From Octopus sinensis (lineage: Eukaryota), in contig NC_043014.1 of NCBI RefSeq assembly GCF_006345805.1, positions 40,672,001-40,736,000 on the forward strand: DNA of 64,000 bases, read 5' to 3'. The notes beneath the pieces were generated by a model that made no database searches, was not told the origin of the DNA, and saw nothing but the letters and a program-made list of their open reading frames with translations. Below, in pieces: positions 42,932 through 54,330 of this stretch. Position 1 is the stretch's first letter, and every line of letters starts with the position of its first letter. The position numbers were made by a program, and so were the translations under genes.

Positions 42932-43498
42932 CAGACGTTGAAGAAAATAGGTTTTGGAGTAACATCTTGGATAATGGAAGAAAGCATAACAAAGCTGCTA
43001 AATGGCTGAAAGAATTAAGATCGGTAAAATATGAATTGAAACAGAGTAATGTTAGAATAACGACTGAACAGACAACAAAGATCCCAAACTAGAAATTCTC
43101 AGGCCTGGTTGGGGTACAAGGATATTGGCTGAAAAATTTCCCAGCACTACACAGAAAAATAGCCACACAAATGGATAAACCGATTAGCAATGGGGTGAAA
43201 ATCCCAAAGTGGTTGACCACAGGTAAAACAATTCTTTGCCAAAAGGATTCCACTGAAGGCAATACAGTGGATAATTACCAGCTTATCACCTGCCTGCCCT
43301 TGATGTGGAAACTGATGACAGGAATGATATATGATTATGTGTATAAGATCCTGGAGATGAATGACAAACTGCCAGTGGAACAGAAAGGATGCAAAAGGAA
43401 AAGCCGAGGAAGAAAAAGGATAGACATAATGGTATGGAACAACTTGCAAGAAAAGACTTACTAATCTGGGCATGGCATGGATCGATTATAAGAAAATA

Positions 43499-43860
43499 CG
43501 AGCAAAACGCCCCCCCCCTCTGTCCAATGGACGGTGCTGAGTTGTCAAACATTTAAACCAAATTTTCTCAAAACAACTTGTCCAACTGTCCCATAGGACT
43601 CTCCTTTGAGAAACACTGATTTAACCTAAATTTGAGACACCAGTAAAAGAAGAAATAAAGATAAACGTTTTTTCTATTCCAAAGAATGCCTTATCGATCG
43701 CATTTTCACCTGGAATCGATTTTTGTAATTTTTTCAAGACTTATACATGCCCCTTTACGGCTGATATCTACATATCAAATTTGAGCGCAATCGGATGGAG
43801 GATGCCCGAGATCCTAGAAGACACACACACAGACAGACAGAACGGATTTTATATAATAGT
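43499..43860 (-). mobile_element. Helitron-like non-autonomous element in LINE RT
   Basis: Minus strand starts ACTATTATATAAAATCC + (TCTG)n(TG)n and ends GGGGGGCGTTTTGCTCG. A^T target without TSD restores KKIYDMVP. Confidence 0.7.
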
Positions 43861-44924
43861 TATGACATGGTCCCCCCTTCCTGGATCTTAGAAAGTCTTG
43901 AGCTGGTACAGGTGTCTGATAACATATCAAATTTCATTAGAAGAGCAATAAAAACTGGAATACAGAGTTAAACCTCATGTGGAAAATTTTTGGCAAGGGT
44001 TAACACCAAGAGAGGCATATTTCAAAGAGACAACTTGCTGGGGCTGCCTGCTGGAGCCTAGAGAAATTTGACAAGACAGTCAGTCACCGGCTGACACTTG
44101 CTGAAGATACATCAAAGAGGCCAGGGAACAGATGAAAGAAGAAAGAAGACATGCACCCAACACCAAAGCTGAAGGCACCTCTGAAAGTGGGGGCCCCCGC
44201 CACGTCAAAACGGTAGAGGAGTAGGGGCTGAAACCGGACGTGGTTCCTCCTGATGATGTCTTGAGCTAACTGGATCCTATACAGGAGCTGTTGTGGTAGC
44301 AGACCACGAAACACGGTTGTAATTCCTCACCATTGCAGTTTGGGATTTGTGTGATGCCCCTCACACAGATACTATGGAAAGTGACATTGGAGTACACATG
44401 GGTGACTTAAAGATATTTGTGAAGAATGAACATGAAATAAATGGCCTAGTTTCAACAGTGCAGATATTCAGTAAGGATATCAGAATGGAATTTGGGACTA
44501 AAAAGTGGTATGCTTATAATACAAAGAGACAAAGCAGTGTCATTTGATGGTGTAGAACTACCCAACAGCAAGAAAATCAAGGCTATTGCGGACAATACCT
44601 AAAGGCGCTCTTAAATATTATGGCCAAATACCAGGAAGCTCCAGGACATCAGAACAACAAAATTTTGTTCTTGTGATAACTGTCAATATCCGAAGAGAAA
44701 CATTATCAAATGGAAAACATTTGATTATCTTAAAACTCAATATCAAAACTAGAATATTGCAAATTTAACAGAATCTTGGTTCTCAGATTCAGGCCTCCTT
44801 CACATACACTATATCATTGCTAATCATAAATAACACCCTTAGTAAAACGTCTGACTCAAGGTCTCTGGGTGAAACTTGGAACAGCCCGTAAAAAAAGGAG
44901 CAACAATAACAGTACTTTCATAAG

Positions 44925-45330
44925 GCAGCGAGTTGGCAGAAACGTTAGCACACTGGGCGAAATGCTTAGCGGTATTTTGTCTGCCGTTATGTTGTGAGTT
45001 CAAATTCCGCCAAGGTTGACTTTGCCTTTCATCCTTTCGGGGTCAATAAATTAAGTTCCAATTATGCACTGGGGTCGATGTAATCGACTTAATCCCTTTG
45101 TCTATCCTAGTTTGTCCACTCTATGTTTAGCCTCTTGTGGGTAGTAAAGAAATAGGTATTTCATCTGTCCTTATTTTCAAAGTTCAAATTCCACTGAGGT
45201 TGACTTTGCCTTTCTTTCATTCTTTCAGGGTTGATAAATTGTGTATCACCAGTTGTGTACTGGGGTCGATCTAATCGACTGGACCCCTCCCCAAAAATTT
45301 TGGGCCTTGTGCCTAGAGTAGAAAAGAATA
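44925..45330 (+). mobile_element. SINE family 3 copy with duplicated body (other copies ~42185-42392 -, ~49003-49232 +, ~53468-53698 -, ~55705-55933 +)
   Basis: Shared GTCGACTTTGCCTTTCATCCTTTCGGGGTCGAT core. Confidence 0.85.
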
Positions 45331-45339
45331 ACAGTATTC

Positions 45340-46260
45340 CATGTCTGTAGAGTGTATCTCAAATCAGCAGAGCTCCTCAGCACCACTGCCAGGCTAAGGA
45401 CCATGTCCATGGTAGTTTCTGGCACTGAAATCCTCTGAAACAGACCAGCTGGTTTATCCTAATTGAGATTCCCAGAGAAGGCCATTGCTCTAACCTGTAA
45501 CTAGATTTTTACATATTGCTGATGTAGAACTTCCATCAACTGCATTGCCCATTTGGTAGAGGGTGGTGAGCTCCTGGAAACATTCCTGGCACCAGGTGTT
45601 CAATCTTGGTAATTTTTTGTTGCAGGATTGTAGCTCTGTCAAAGAGATGAACTATGGAAATATGCCTTACAAACGAAGGCTACACTGGCTCTCCAACCAG
45701 AAAATTTTGCAGGTGATGTAGCCTCAGTTATGTCTGTATCAGTAGCAATGGAATGCCAAGCCTGTTCTCTAGGGGACCCTGGCAACAAATAGACATCTGA
45801 CCAGTGGAATGCATCTTTTCCACGGGAAGTAGAAAAGTAAACACTAGTCTGACAAATGTGGACTTGACAAAGATACAATGGTCAGGTGATAAGTTATTAC
45901 AGAGGTGGTGTAGGCATTTGCCACCTCTGCTTGACCTTTCAGGGTTAGTTTCCTCTCGACCCATTTCTGATTGATGTTGGTCACATTGCTTGTAACCTTC
46001 TGCCAGTTCCTGTTCACTTGGAAGTGAAGACAAAATCAGACCCCAAGCAATTTCCTTAGTCTGTCAGTCTAGTGACCTACTATGCTGTTTGATGGCATAA
46101 ACCTGCATCTCCAGATGCCAAACTACACTGACTTGTTTGGATCTATTTTTGTTTTTGCTATCATCTTGTAGAACAGAATTGATTGCCTGAATTCCCATGA
46201 CATCTGCCACCATTAGGGTGCTGTCATCCATATATGAAAACGCACTTTTCTGCATCCCAC
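45340..46260 (-). mobile_element. Degenerate non-LTR RT fragment (RLE-clade-like, family uncertain)
   Basis: AFSYMDDSTL motif followed by frameshifted RT/thumb-like sequence. Confidence 0.45.
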
Positions 46261-46949
46261 TTACAAAGGGGTGCCCCTGAAGTGTTCTAGCTTGAGTGTC
46301 TGTATGTATAGAAGAGACAAGAGAGGATGCCCCTCATGGATTGAGCATACAATACCCACAGAAGAGTAAAAAATTACAATTTTGTTCTCGTGGTTACTGT
46401 CAATATCCTAAGAGAAACATTATCAAATTAAAAACATTTGATTATCTTAAAACTCTATCAAAACTAGAATATTGCAAATTTAACAGAATCTTGGTTCTCA
46501 GACTCAGGCCTCCTTCGCATACACTATATCTTTGCTAATCATAAATAACACCCTTAGTAAAACATATATGGGTGGTGTCATCCACATATATGAAAACACA
46601 CTCTTCTGCATCCCACTTACAAAGGGATGACCCTGAAGAGTTCTAGCTTGAGTGTCTGTACGTATAGAAGAGATGAGAGAGGATAGTCCTCATGGATTGA
46701 GCATACAATTCCCACAAAAGAAGAGTAAAAAATTACAAGGAAAAAGTAAAGAAGCAGACTGTGGACAGTTTGATGGCTTTCAACCAAATAAAAAGCAATT
46801 TGGCAGATTTGGTAAGAGTTACTTGGTTTGCAAAAGTCTTAAAACATAGATGAAGGCAGAATGACAGTCTGGCATTGCCTGAAAGGCATACATATGTAAA
46901 TCTATTTAGAGGTACACACATACACACACAGCCCAAATGAGAAGACTTG

Positions 46950-47560
46950 TTTGTCTTGCTCTGATATATATTGTTTTTTTTTACAACATAAGACTATAAA
47001 AATTTTTTATTGTTAACAATTCCACAGCACCATGCCTTCTAATGCTGTGTACACATTTAGTATGATACATCCTTCTACACTGCTAATTTGGTCACCAAGG
47101 CAACAGAAACTATCCACGATCTCTAGCATTTGAAAAAATCTTATTCCCATGTGTCCTTAGTGCTTATTGTTTCTGTACATCTGTTGCATACAAAGACAAC
47201 TTTCTCTGTTAACTCAATTGTGATTATGTGTCCATAGCTTACACTTAGTGCAACAAATGGAATTCCTTCCACTTAGAAATTAAATAGGGCCATTTACCTA
47301 ATGGAAAGACAGTCTTATTTTGGTGTTCACTAGGTTAACTTTAAAACCCTTTGATTCCAGGTTTTGCTTCCATACTTGGAATTTCCTTTCCACTTCTACT
47401 ACAGATTCTGCTGAAAGAGAAAGGTCATCAGTATATAGTAGTCTCCATGGGCGACCAATCTTCAATTCCTCTGTTATGGTCTGGAGGACTGTGATGAATA
47501 AGAGGCGATTGAGAACAAAGCCCTGGTGAACTCCCACTTGTACACTAAATTAATCACCAT
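46950..47560 (-). mobile_element. RTE-clade LINE RT fragment
   Basis: GVHQGFVLNRLLF...LLYTDDL...GFKVNLVNTK; LEIVDSFCCLGDQIS. Confidence 0.85.
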
Positions 47561-47569
47561 ACGCAAGAG

Positions 47570-47877
47570 GTGGAGGCACATGGCCTAGTGGTTAGAATAG
47601 CAGACTCGTGGTCGAGGGATCGCGGGTTTGAATCTCAGACCAGGCGATGTGTGTGTCTATGAGCGAAACACCTAAGCTCCATGTGGCTCCGGCAGAAGGT
47701 AATGGCGAAACTTCTGCTGACTCTTTCGCCACAACTTTTCCTCACTCTTTCCTCCTGCATCTAGCAGCTCACCTGCGATGGACCGGCGTCCCGTCCAGGT
47801 GGGGAACCTATACGCCAAGGAAACCGGGAAACCGGCCCTTATGAGCCAGGCGTGGCTTGAGAAGGAACAAGAAGGAA
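47570..47877 (+). mobile_element. SINE family 2 copy
   Basis: Same sequence as 29228-29528 and 42627-42931. Confidence 0.9.
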
Positions 47878-48516
47878 CCATGCTCAAACTGATTCTCACC
47901 CTGCTGACAGCACCCCTATACATCACTTATACTGATCTAACAAGCCATTCATCTACTAACTTCCTTAGAAACAACCAGATAACAGACCAAGAGACCTGCC
48001 AAAGGCTTACACCAGGTCAACAGAAGCCAATCGTTTACTTTTAACTAGATACTTCTCCTGCAGCTGTCTCACAAGGAAGATGTCATCTCTAGTATGTTGC
48101 CCTGGCACAAAACCAAATTACATCTCATCTATTCTAATTTTGTTTCTAATCAATTGAGCTATAATTCTCTCTCTAATTTTCATAACCTGGTCATTTTTAT
48201 TTTGATACCTTTATCTAAGGCATTTCCCTTTGCCCTAGCAGCAGTTAACTATAACGCAGGTATACTAGTCATCAGGGATAACACCTTCCTGGATAACCTG
48301 ATACTATATGAGTGACAAGGCCATATCCTTCTTCATTAGATATTTTAAGCATCTCAGTAGTGATTCCTGACAGCCAGGGGCTTTCACTGTCTTCATATCC
48401 TTAATTACTTTCTCTACCAATTGCTTTATACATATCATCATCATCATCCTTTAACGTCCATTGTCCATGCTGGCATGTGTGTGTGTATGTGTGTGTGTGT
48501 ACATGCTTAGGGAAAA

Positions 48517-48574
<58 letters not shown>

Positions 48575-48577
<3 letters not shown>

Positions 48578-48904
48578 AAATAGTAAAAAGTGAAAAAACT
48601 ACAGAAGGCTTGTTTTAAAAGGTTAAAAAATATATATTTGAGTCAATATGTCTGAAGAATGTTATAATTTTTTTCATACAATGACATAGTTTAGAAGAAA
48701 TGACCGGTTTCGCGTTCAGCTTTTCAATTTCTTACATCGTTATAAGAAATTTGAAAAGCTGAACGCGAAACCGGTCATTTCTTCAAAAACTATGTCATTT
48801 TATGAAAAAAATTTATAACATTCTTCAGACATATTGACTCAAATATATATTTTTTAACCTTTTAAACAAGCCTTCTGTAGTTTTTTCACTTTTTACTATT
48901 TTCT
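48575..48904. repeat. Near-perfect fold-back palindrome, ~160-bp arms, ~8-nt loop
   Basis: Left arm read as the reverse complement of the right arm with few mismatches. Confidence 0.97.
48744..48783 (+). ncRNA. Minimal type-I hammerhead ribozyme, U3-A8 core variant
   Basis: Stem I AAGAAAU/AUUUCUU (7 bp), core UUGAAAA, stem II GC/GC with UGAAC loop, GAAA, palindromic stem III ACCGGU, GUC cleavage triplet at 48774-48776. Confidence 0.75.
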
Positions 48905-49719
48905 ATATATTCAACCACATGCTTTCACACACCAACTTTCTCACCTATATATATATATGTATGTATGTATATATATATAATTATATACATATATATATAC
49001 AAGGTGGTGAGCTGGCAGAAACGTTAGCGTGCCGGGTGAAATGCTTAGCGGTATTTCGTCTGCTATTATGTTCTGAGTTCAAATTCTGCCAAGGTATACT
49101 TTGCATTTCATCCTTTCAGGGTCAATAAATAAAGTACTAGTTACACACAGGGGGGTCGATGTCATCGACTTAATCCCTTTGTCTGTCCTTGTTTGTCCCC
49201 TCTATGTTTAGCCCGTTGTGGGCAATAAATAAATAAATATATATACATCTATATGTGCATATATATATATATATATATACATATGCGTGTGTAATATAAA
49301 TATAATATATATATATATATATATGTATATATCATCAGTAAATCATAAATCTGAAAAAGAAGCACACTCTAAGTTATACAGTGTATAGTAGAGTGTACAA
49401 ATAAAGATAGATATGGCTGGTCTCTGGGGTTACCCTGGGTTTCACATACCTAAAGCACTTAGCTTTACAGTGTTTCTCCAGACTCTAAACCTGTTGGCTT
49501 ATGGGTCTTCTAGCAACTTGCTGGAGAGGCCACAGACCAATGGATTTAGGGTCTGAAGAAATGGTGTAAAACTAAGTGCTTTATGACATGAAACCCCGGG
49601 TAACCCCACAGACCAGCGATATCTATCTATCTGTCTGTCTGTCTGTCTTGTTCTTTCTCTCTCTCTCTCTAAATATATATATATACACACACACATGCAT
49701 GTGCGTATGTAATACATGC

Positions 49720-49764
<45 letters not shown>

Positions 49765-49771
49765 ATAATAT

Positions 49772-49802
<31 letters not shown>

Positions 49803-49902
49803 TTAATGTACTTATATATGAATAACATATAGTCTAATGACTAATTGTCTTTTGTGCTAGATCACTGGTAATAATAATTTATTTTATTACCCTTTTTACT
49901 AT

Positions 49903-49953
<51 letters not shown>

Positions 49954-49992
49954 TATATGTATAAACATATATATATATAAACATATATATGT

Positions 49993-50033
<41 letters not shown>

Positions 50034-50070
50034 TATACACACACACACACATATATATACACACACACAC

Positions 50071-50153
<83 letters not shown>

Positions 50154-50799
50154 GTGAAGGTGCATGGCTCAGTAGATAACATCAGTAGTATGGAGGGGCG
50201 AGGCTGGTATGCATGGGCGACTACTGCCCTTCCATAAAAACAACCTTGCCTGGACTTGTGCCTTGGAGGGTAACTTTCTAGGTGCAATTCCATGGTCATT
50301 CATGACCAAAGGGGGCCTCCTCCATATATATATATATATACACACACACACATAAACATATACATATGCATATACATGTACACATATACACTGATGCACA
50401 CTGATGCACACACACAACACACTCACACATATGTTTGTATACACACACACATATTATTCATACAAACATACACATATTTATGTATATATGAAGTATACAG
50501 AGAATGTGTTAAATTTTATACATACATATATTTATATTCATATACATGTACATTGTTTAAATGAAACAAGTTTCACTTTTTAACACAAAGTGTAAATAGT
50601 TTTCTTCCGTGCATTTATGCATTTGAAAATAAAAATATGAAAATGTGTTTCCGCATGAAAGCATTTTCATATAATAGTTTTACTGAAAATATACTGGTGC
50701 ATGTATTCCCTAGGTAAGTTTGACATAGAAAAAACAAAACTCAAGCAAAAAAGAAATAGAGTAAAAAAATGATTGCATATTACTAGGAGTTTTTCATAT

Positions 50800-51202
50800 T
50801 CTCTTTTTTCTCTTTTACTTGTTTCACTCATTTGACAGTGGCCATGCTGGAGTACCGCCTTTAGTCGAGCAAATCGACCCCAGGACTTATTCTTTGTAAG
50901 CCTAGTACTTATTCTATCGGTCGCTTTTGCTGAACTGCTAAGTTACGGGAATGTAAACACACCAGCATTGGTTGTCAAGTGATGTTGGGGGAGGACAAAT
51001 ACAGACACACAAATTTATACACAGACATACATATATACGACAGGCTTCTTTCAGTTTCCGTCTGCCAAATCCACTCACAAGGCTTTGGTCGGCCCGAGGC
51101 TGTAGTAGAAGACACTTGCCCAAGGTGACACGCAGTGGGACTGAACACCCGGAACCATGTGGTTGGTAAGCAAGCTACTTACCACACAGCCACTCCTGCA
51201 CC
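50800..51202 (-). mobile_element. SINE family 1 copy
   Basis: Same sequence as the other copies. Confidence 0.9.
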
Positions 51203-52123
51203 CAAGAAAAAACTTTGGTGGCTAAAAGAGATTATCTAGAAGGAAAGTTATAATATCTAACTTAAGAGAGTCCAGTTTGCATTGATATTAAGCTGACCAA
51301 AGTTTTAGGCAGTTCTTCCATGATATGTAAGGACACACACACACACACATTCATACATGTGTATACTCATACTGCATACATATGTCTGTGTATATATATA
51401 TATATACACACGCAAGCATATATGTATAAATCAAGATAGAAAAATTAGTAATTGAATATCCAAGGGAGAATAAAATACCATGTTATAGAAGCTGGAAAAA
51501 GAAAAAAAAAACTTCACAAACGATTATTCAGAGCTTCACCTAAACATTTGGCTGACGGTCATGAGTATTCATGAATGTCTGACAAATGGTTACATGAAAC
51601 TCTCAGTAACAGTTTGTGAAGTTTTCTCAGCTTCAATAAAGTAGTACACACACACACACACAATATAAATTTATATATGTGGGGGCGCAATGGCCCAGTG
51701 GTTAAGGCAGCAGACTCACGGTTGTAGAATCACGGTTTCAATTCCCAGACCAGGCATTGTGAGTGTTTATTGAGTGAAAATACCTGTTGGCCTGCTCGCT
51801 TAGCCAGTGGGGTGGCATCATTGAAGGCTAAAACAATGCAAAATGCATTGTGACCAGTGATGTGTGGTAACATGTGATGGCCTGGTCAGTCACGTGATCA
51901 TGTGATGACAAGCATTGCTTTCCCAATTGATCTTCCATATCCCACATGCCTTTAACAAGGATTTTATATAATGCTTAAACAGTAATCTTGGTTTCAACTT
52001 GGAAGCTCACACTGTCTCCGATGAAGAGATATAATAAATATCCTGGAAAGCTGTAAGACCTATTTATAAATGTTCTAAAATCTTCACAGCTTTGGTTTTT
52101 TATCTCATTCTGAAAAAAATTTT

Positions 52124-52160
<37 letters not shown>

Positions 52161-52420
52161 CCTTCGAAACGTAGAGTAGATGAAACCTTAGCGACTGAAG
52201 AAGGGGTTTTTTTGTTGTGTTAATTGTCCTGTACTCCATTTTTTGTTATTTTTAAAAAAATGTCCAGTTCCGTTGGTTTGTGTCTATGTTTTCGTTTCTC
52301 TTTGTGTTCAACGTCCCTTTGGTGTCCTGTATATGTACATGTAGAGGTAGGTACGTACATATATGTTTATATATATGCATATATTTTATTTCATTTATTA
52401 ATATATATATATATATATGT

Positions 52421-52635
52421 AACCAACTCATAAATAAGGGCAAACAAAAAAATTTCTAATGCCAAATATGCCGAAAATTGGACATATTGTCCATTTACCA
52501 TATTAAATTTTTTTCCTAGTATGCACGCTACTCATACTGGGAAAAAAATTATATATGGTAAATGGACAATATGTCCAATTTTCGGCATATTTGGCTTTAG
52601 AAATTTTTTCGTTTGCCCTTATTTATAAGTTGTTT
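52421..52635. repeat. Fold-back palindrome, ~100-bp arms, ~9-nt loop
   Basis: ...CCTAGTATG cacgctact CATACTGGG... Confidence 0.95.
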
Positions 52636-52799
52636 ATAATTTAACCTTTAAAGGTATTTTAATATGCTGGCCATTGATAAAATTTTTTTTCAAAAAAATT
52701 TTATCCTACATTAGATATAAATATATATATATATATATGTATGTATATATGTATATATATATAGGTTATAAGAGATAATGGTGTCATTGAGACCCCACC

Positions 52800-52851
52800 G
52801 TCTCCGATGAAGGGATATTATCAATTAATATCCTAGAAACAGCTGTAAGAC
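52800..52851 (+). ncRNA. Hammerhead-like motif, C4 variant, in a ~165-bp mini-element
   Basis: Stem I GUCU/AGAC, core CCGAUGA, 9-bp stem II (A-A mismatch at 10.1-11.1), GAAA, palindromic ACAGCUGU, GUA. Degenerate sister copy at 52014-52059. Confidence 0.62.
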
Positions 52852-52918
52852 CTTCTATCTATAAATGCTCTAATATCTATAGAGCCTTGGTTTTTTAATC
52901 TCATTACGCATAAAATTC

Positions 52919-52958
<40 letters not shown>

Positions 52959-53859
52959 TCAATCACAACTGTCTGATGAATGGGGATGGGAAATTCTTAG
53001 TAGCAGTTTTTTGTGATGGTTTTGCAGCTTCAATAATAAAGTATATTACTCTACCTTTGTTATTCGAATATTATTTTCCCCCACATTTGCATCCAAAAGA
53101 ACCATCTTGGATATTTGGATGCAAAATGAAAAAAAAACAAACAAAAAAAAACAAGATGGCTTCTTTATTATAGTGAGAACTTAACCTTCATTGGACAGTT
53201 CAGGTCACAGTAATTACATCTCAGTAACAGCAGACTCTTGAATATAGAATACCACATGTTAAAGCAGGCAAGATAATAATATCATTTATTCATTGATGTG
53301 TGGTAACTGTGCTGCTAGCAGCATCAGTACTTAAAATACGGTGGGGGTGATGAGAAATGGCTTCTGCATTACAGAGAGAGTGTTTAATATCTTATGGTCA
53401 GTTATGATCAGATGGCAGGTAGGATGTGAATGTCACTTCGTCACCAGTGCATAGCTTATGGTATATATTTCTTTACTACCCACATGGGGCCAAACACAGA
53501 GGGGACAGACAAGGACAGACAAAGGGATCGAGTTGATCACATCGATCCCAGTGCAAAACTGGTACTTTATTTATTGACCTCAAAAGGATGAAAGGCAAAG
53601 TCGACCTCGGCAGAATTTGAACTCAGAATGTAACAGCAGACGAAATACGGCTATGCATTTTGCCCGGCATGCTAATGGTTCTGCCAGCTTGCCGCCTTAT
53701 GGTATAGTATGTCTTGCAGGAATGGAAAATGGTAATCTCTTTGGGCAGCAGGCATAGTATGGCTGAGTCTAGGGTGGAATATCAGGATTATCAGGCGTCA
53801 ATGGTTTGAAATATATTAAAAATTCATATCTTCTATGACAATATAAAATATCTATCTTT

Positions 53860-54330
53860 CTCTTAATGAATACTGTAGGCTGTTGGAGTATATGTAAAGT
53901 TTTTACAATGGCAGGGTTGTTCTGAACAAGTAAGGTAGGGTCCTGTCAAGTATGCTCCATTTGATGATGGGTAATAAGTTACTGTGGTCTTAGTGTCTCC
54001 AGATGAAGCAGTACAAAGGTGTGGAGCTTTTTTTGTCCTTACACCTGAAGAAGTGCATATATTGTATCTCCCTCTGAAGCAATTAGCAGATATACCCATT
54101 CAGTGTCTTGTACTATTGGTTGGTGTATGTCCTATAGACACCATGGCTTTTGAGAAACAGGAGTCATCCAATGGACAGTTGATTGGATTTCTGATGTTGC
54201 AGGCAGAAGTGAGGAGTGGAAATTGTGTGGACGTATGTTTGTGTTCAGTATGGTGTGAAATGTTAGAAAGGATGTTATCTAAACACGAATATCTTACTTT
54301 AACATTATGTGAGTTAAAAAATTATTGTGT
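53860..54330 (-). mobile_element. Penelope-like GIY-YIG C-terminal relic
   Basis: SSTPLYCFIW...IIKWSILDRTLPY resembles PLE STTLSKYIW..K...IKWSIL.RA.PY. Confidence 0.6.

Larger units (their letters stand above)
42500..44570 (+). mobile_element. Second R4/Dong-like LINE copy (RT region), degenerate
   Basis: FQQDQKMVYQQLNG, RFWSNI, WLTTGKTILCQKD, AWIDYKK.YDMVP, RGIFQRD, HMGDLKIF. A separate R4-type 3' end follows at ~44586-44890. Confidence 0.85.

Noticed and set aside
44248-44325. CTGATGA...CGAAAC in the unidentified repeat
   Set aside because: Stem II base is mispaired, no stem I, and the second copy has CAAAAC.
52161-52206. CCTTCGAAACGT...CTGAAGAAGG, a permuted hammerhead-like pair of motifs
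   Set aside because: GAAAC precedes CUGAAGA and no stem I can be formed between any cleavage triplet and the core.
53200-53450. Possible additional GIY-YIG relic (NIIYSLMCGNC) and a similar stretch at ~61080-61400
   Set aside because: Only one short motif each; too degraded to list as a feature without a profile search.
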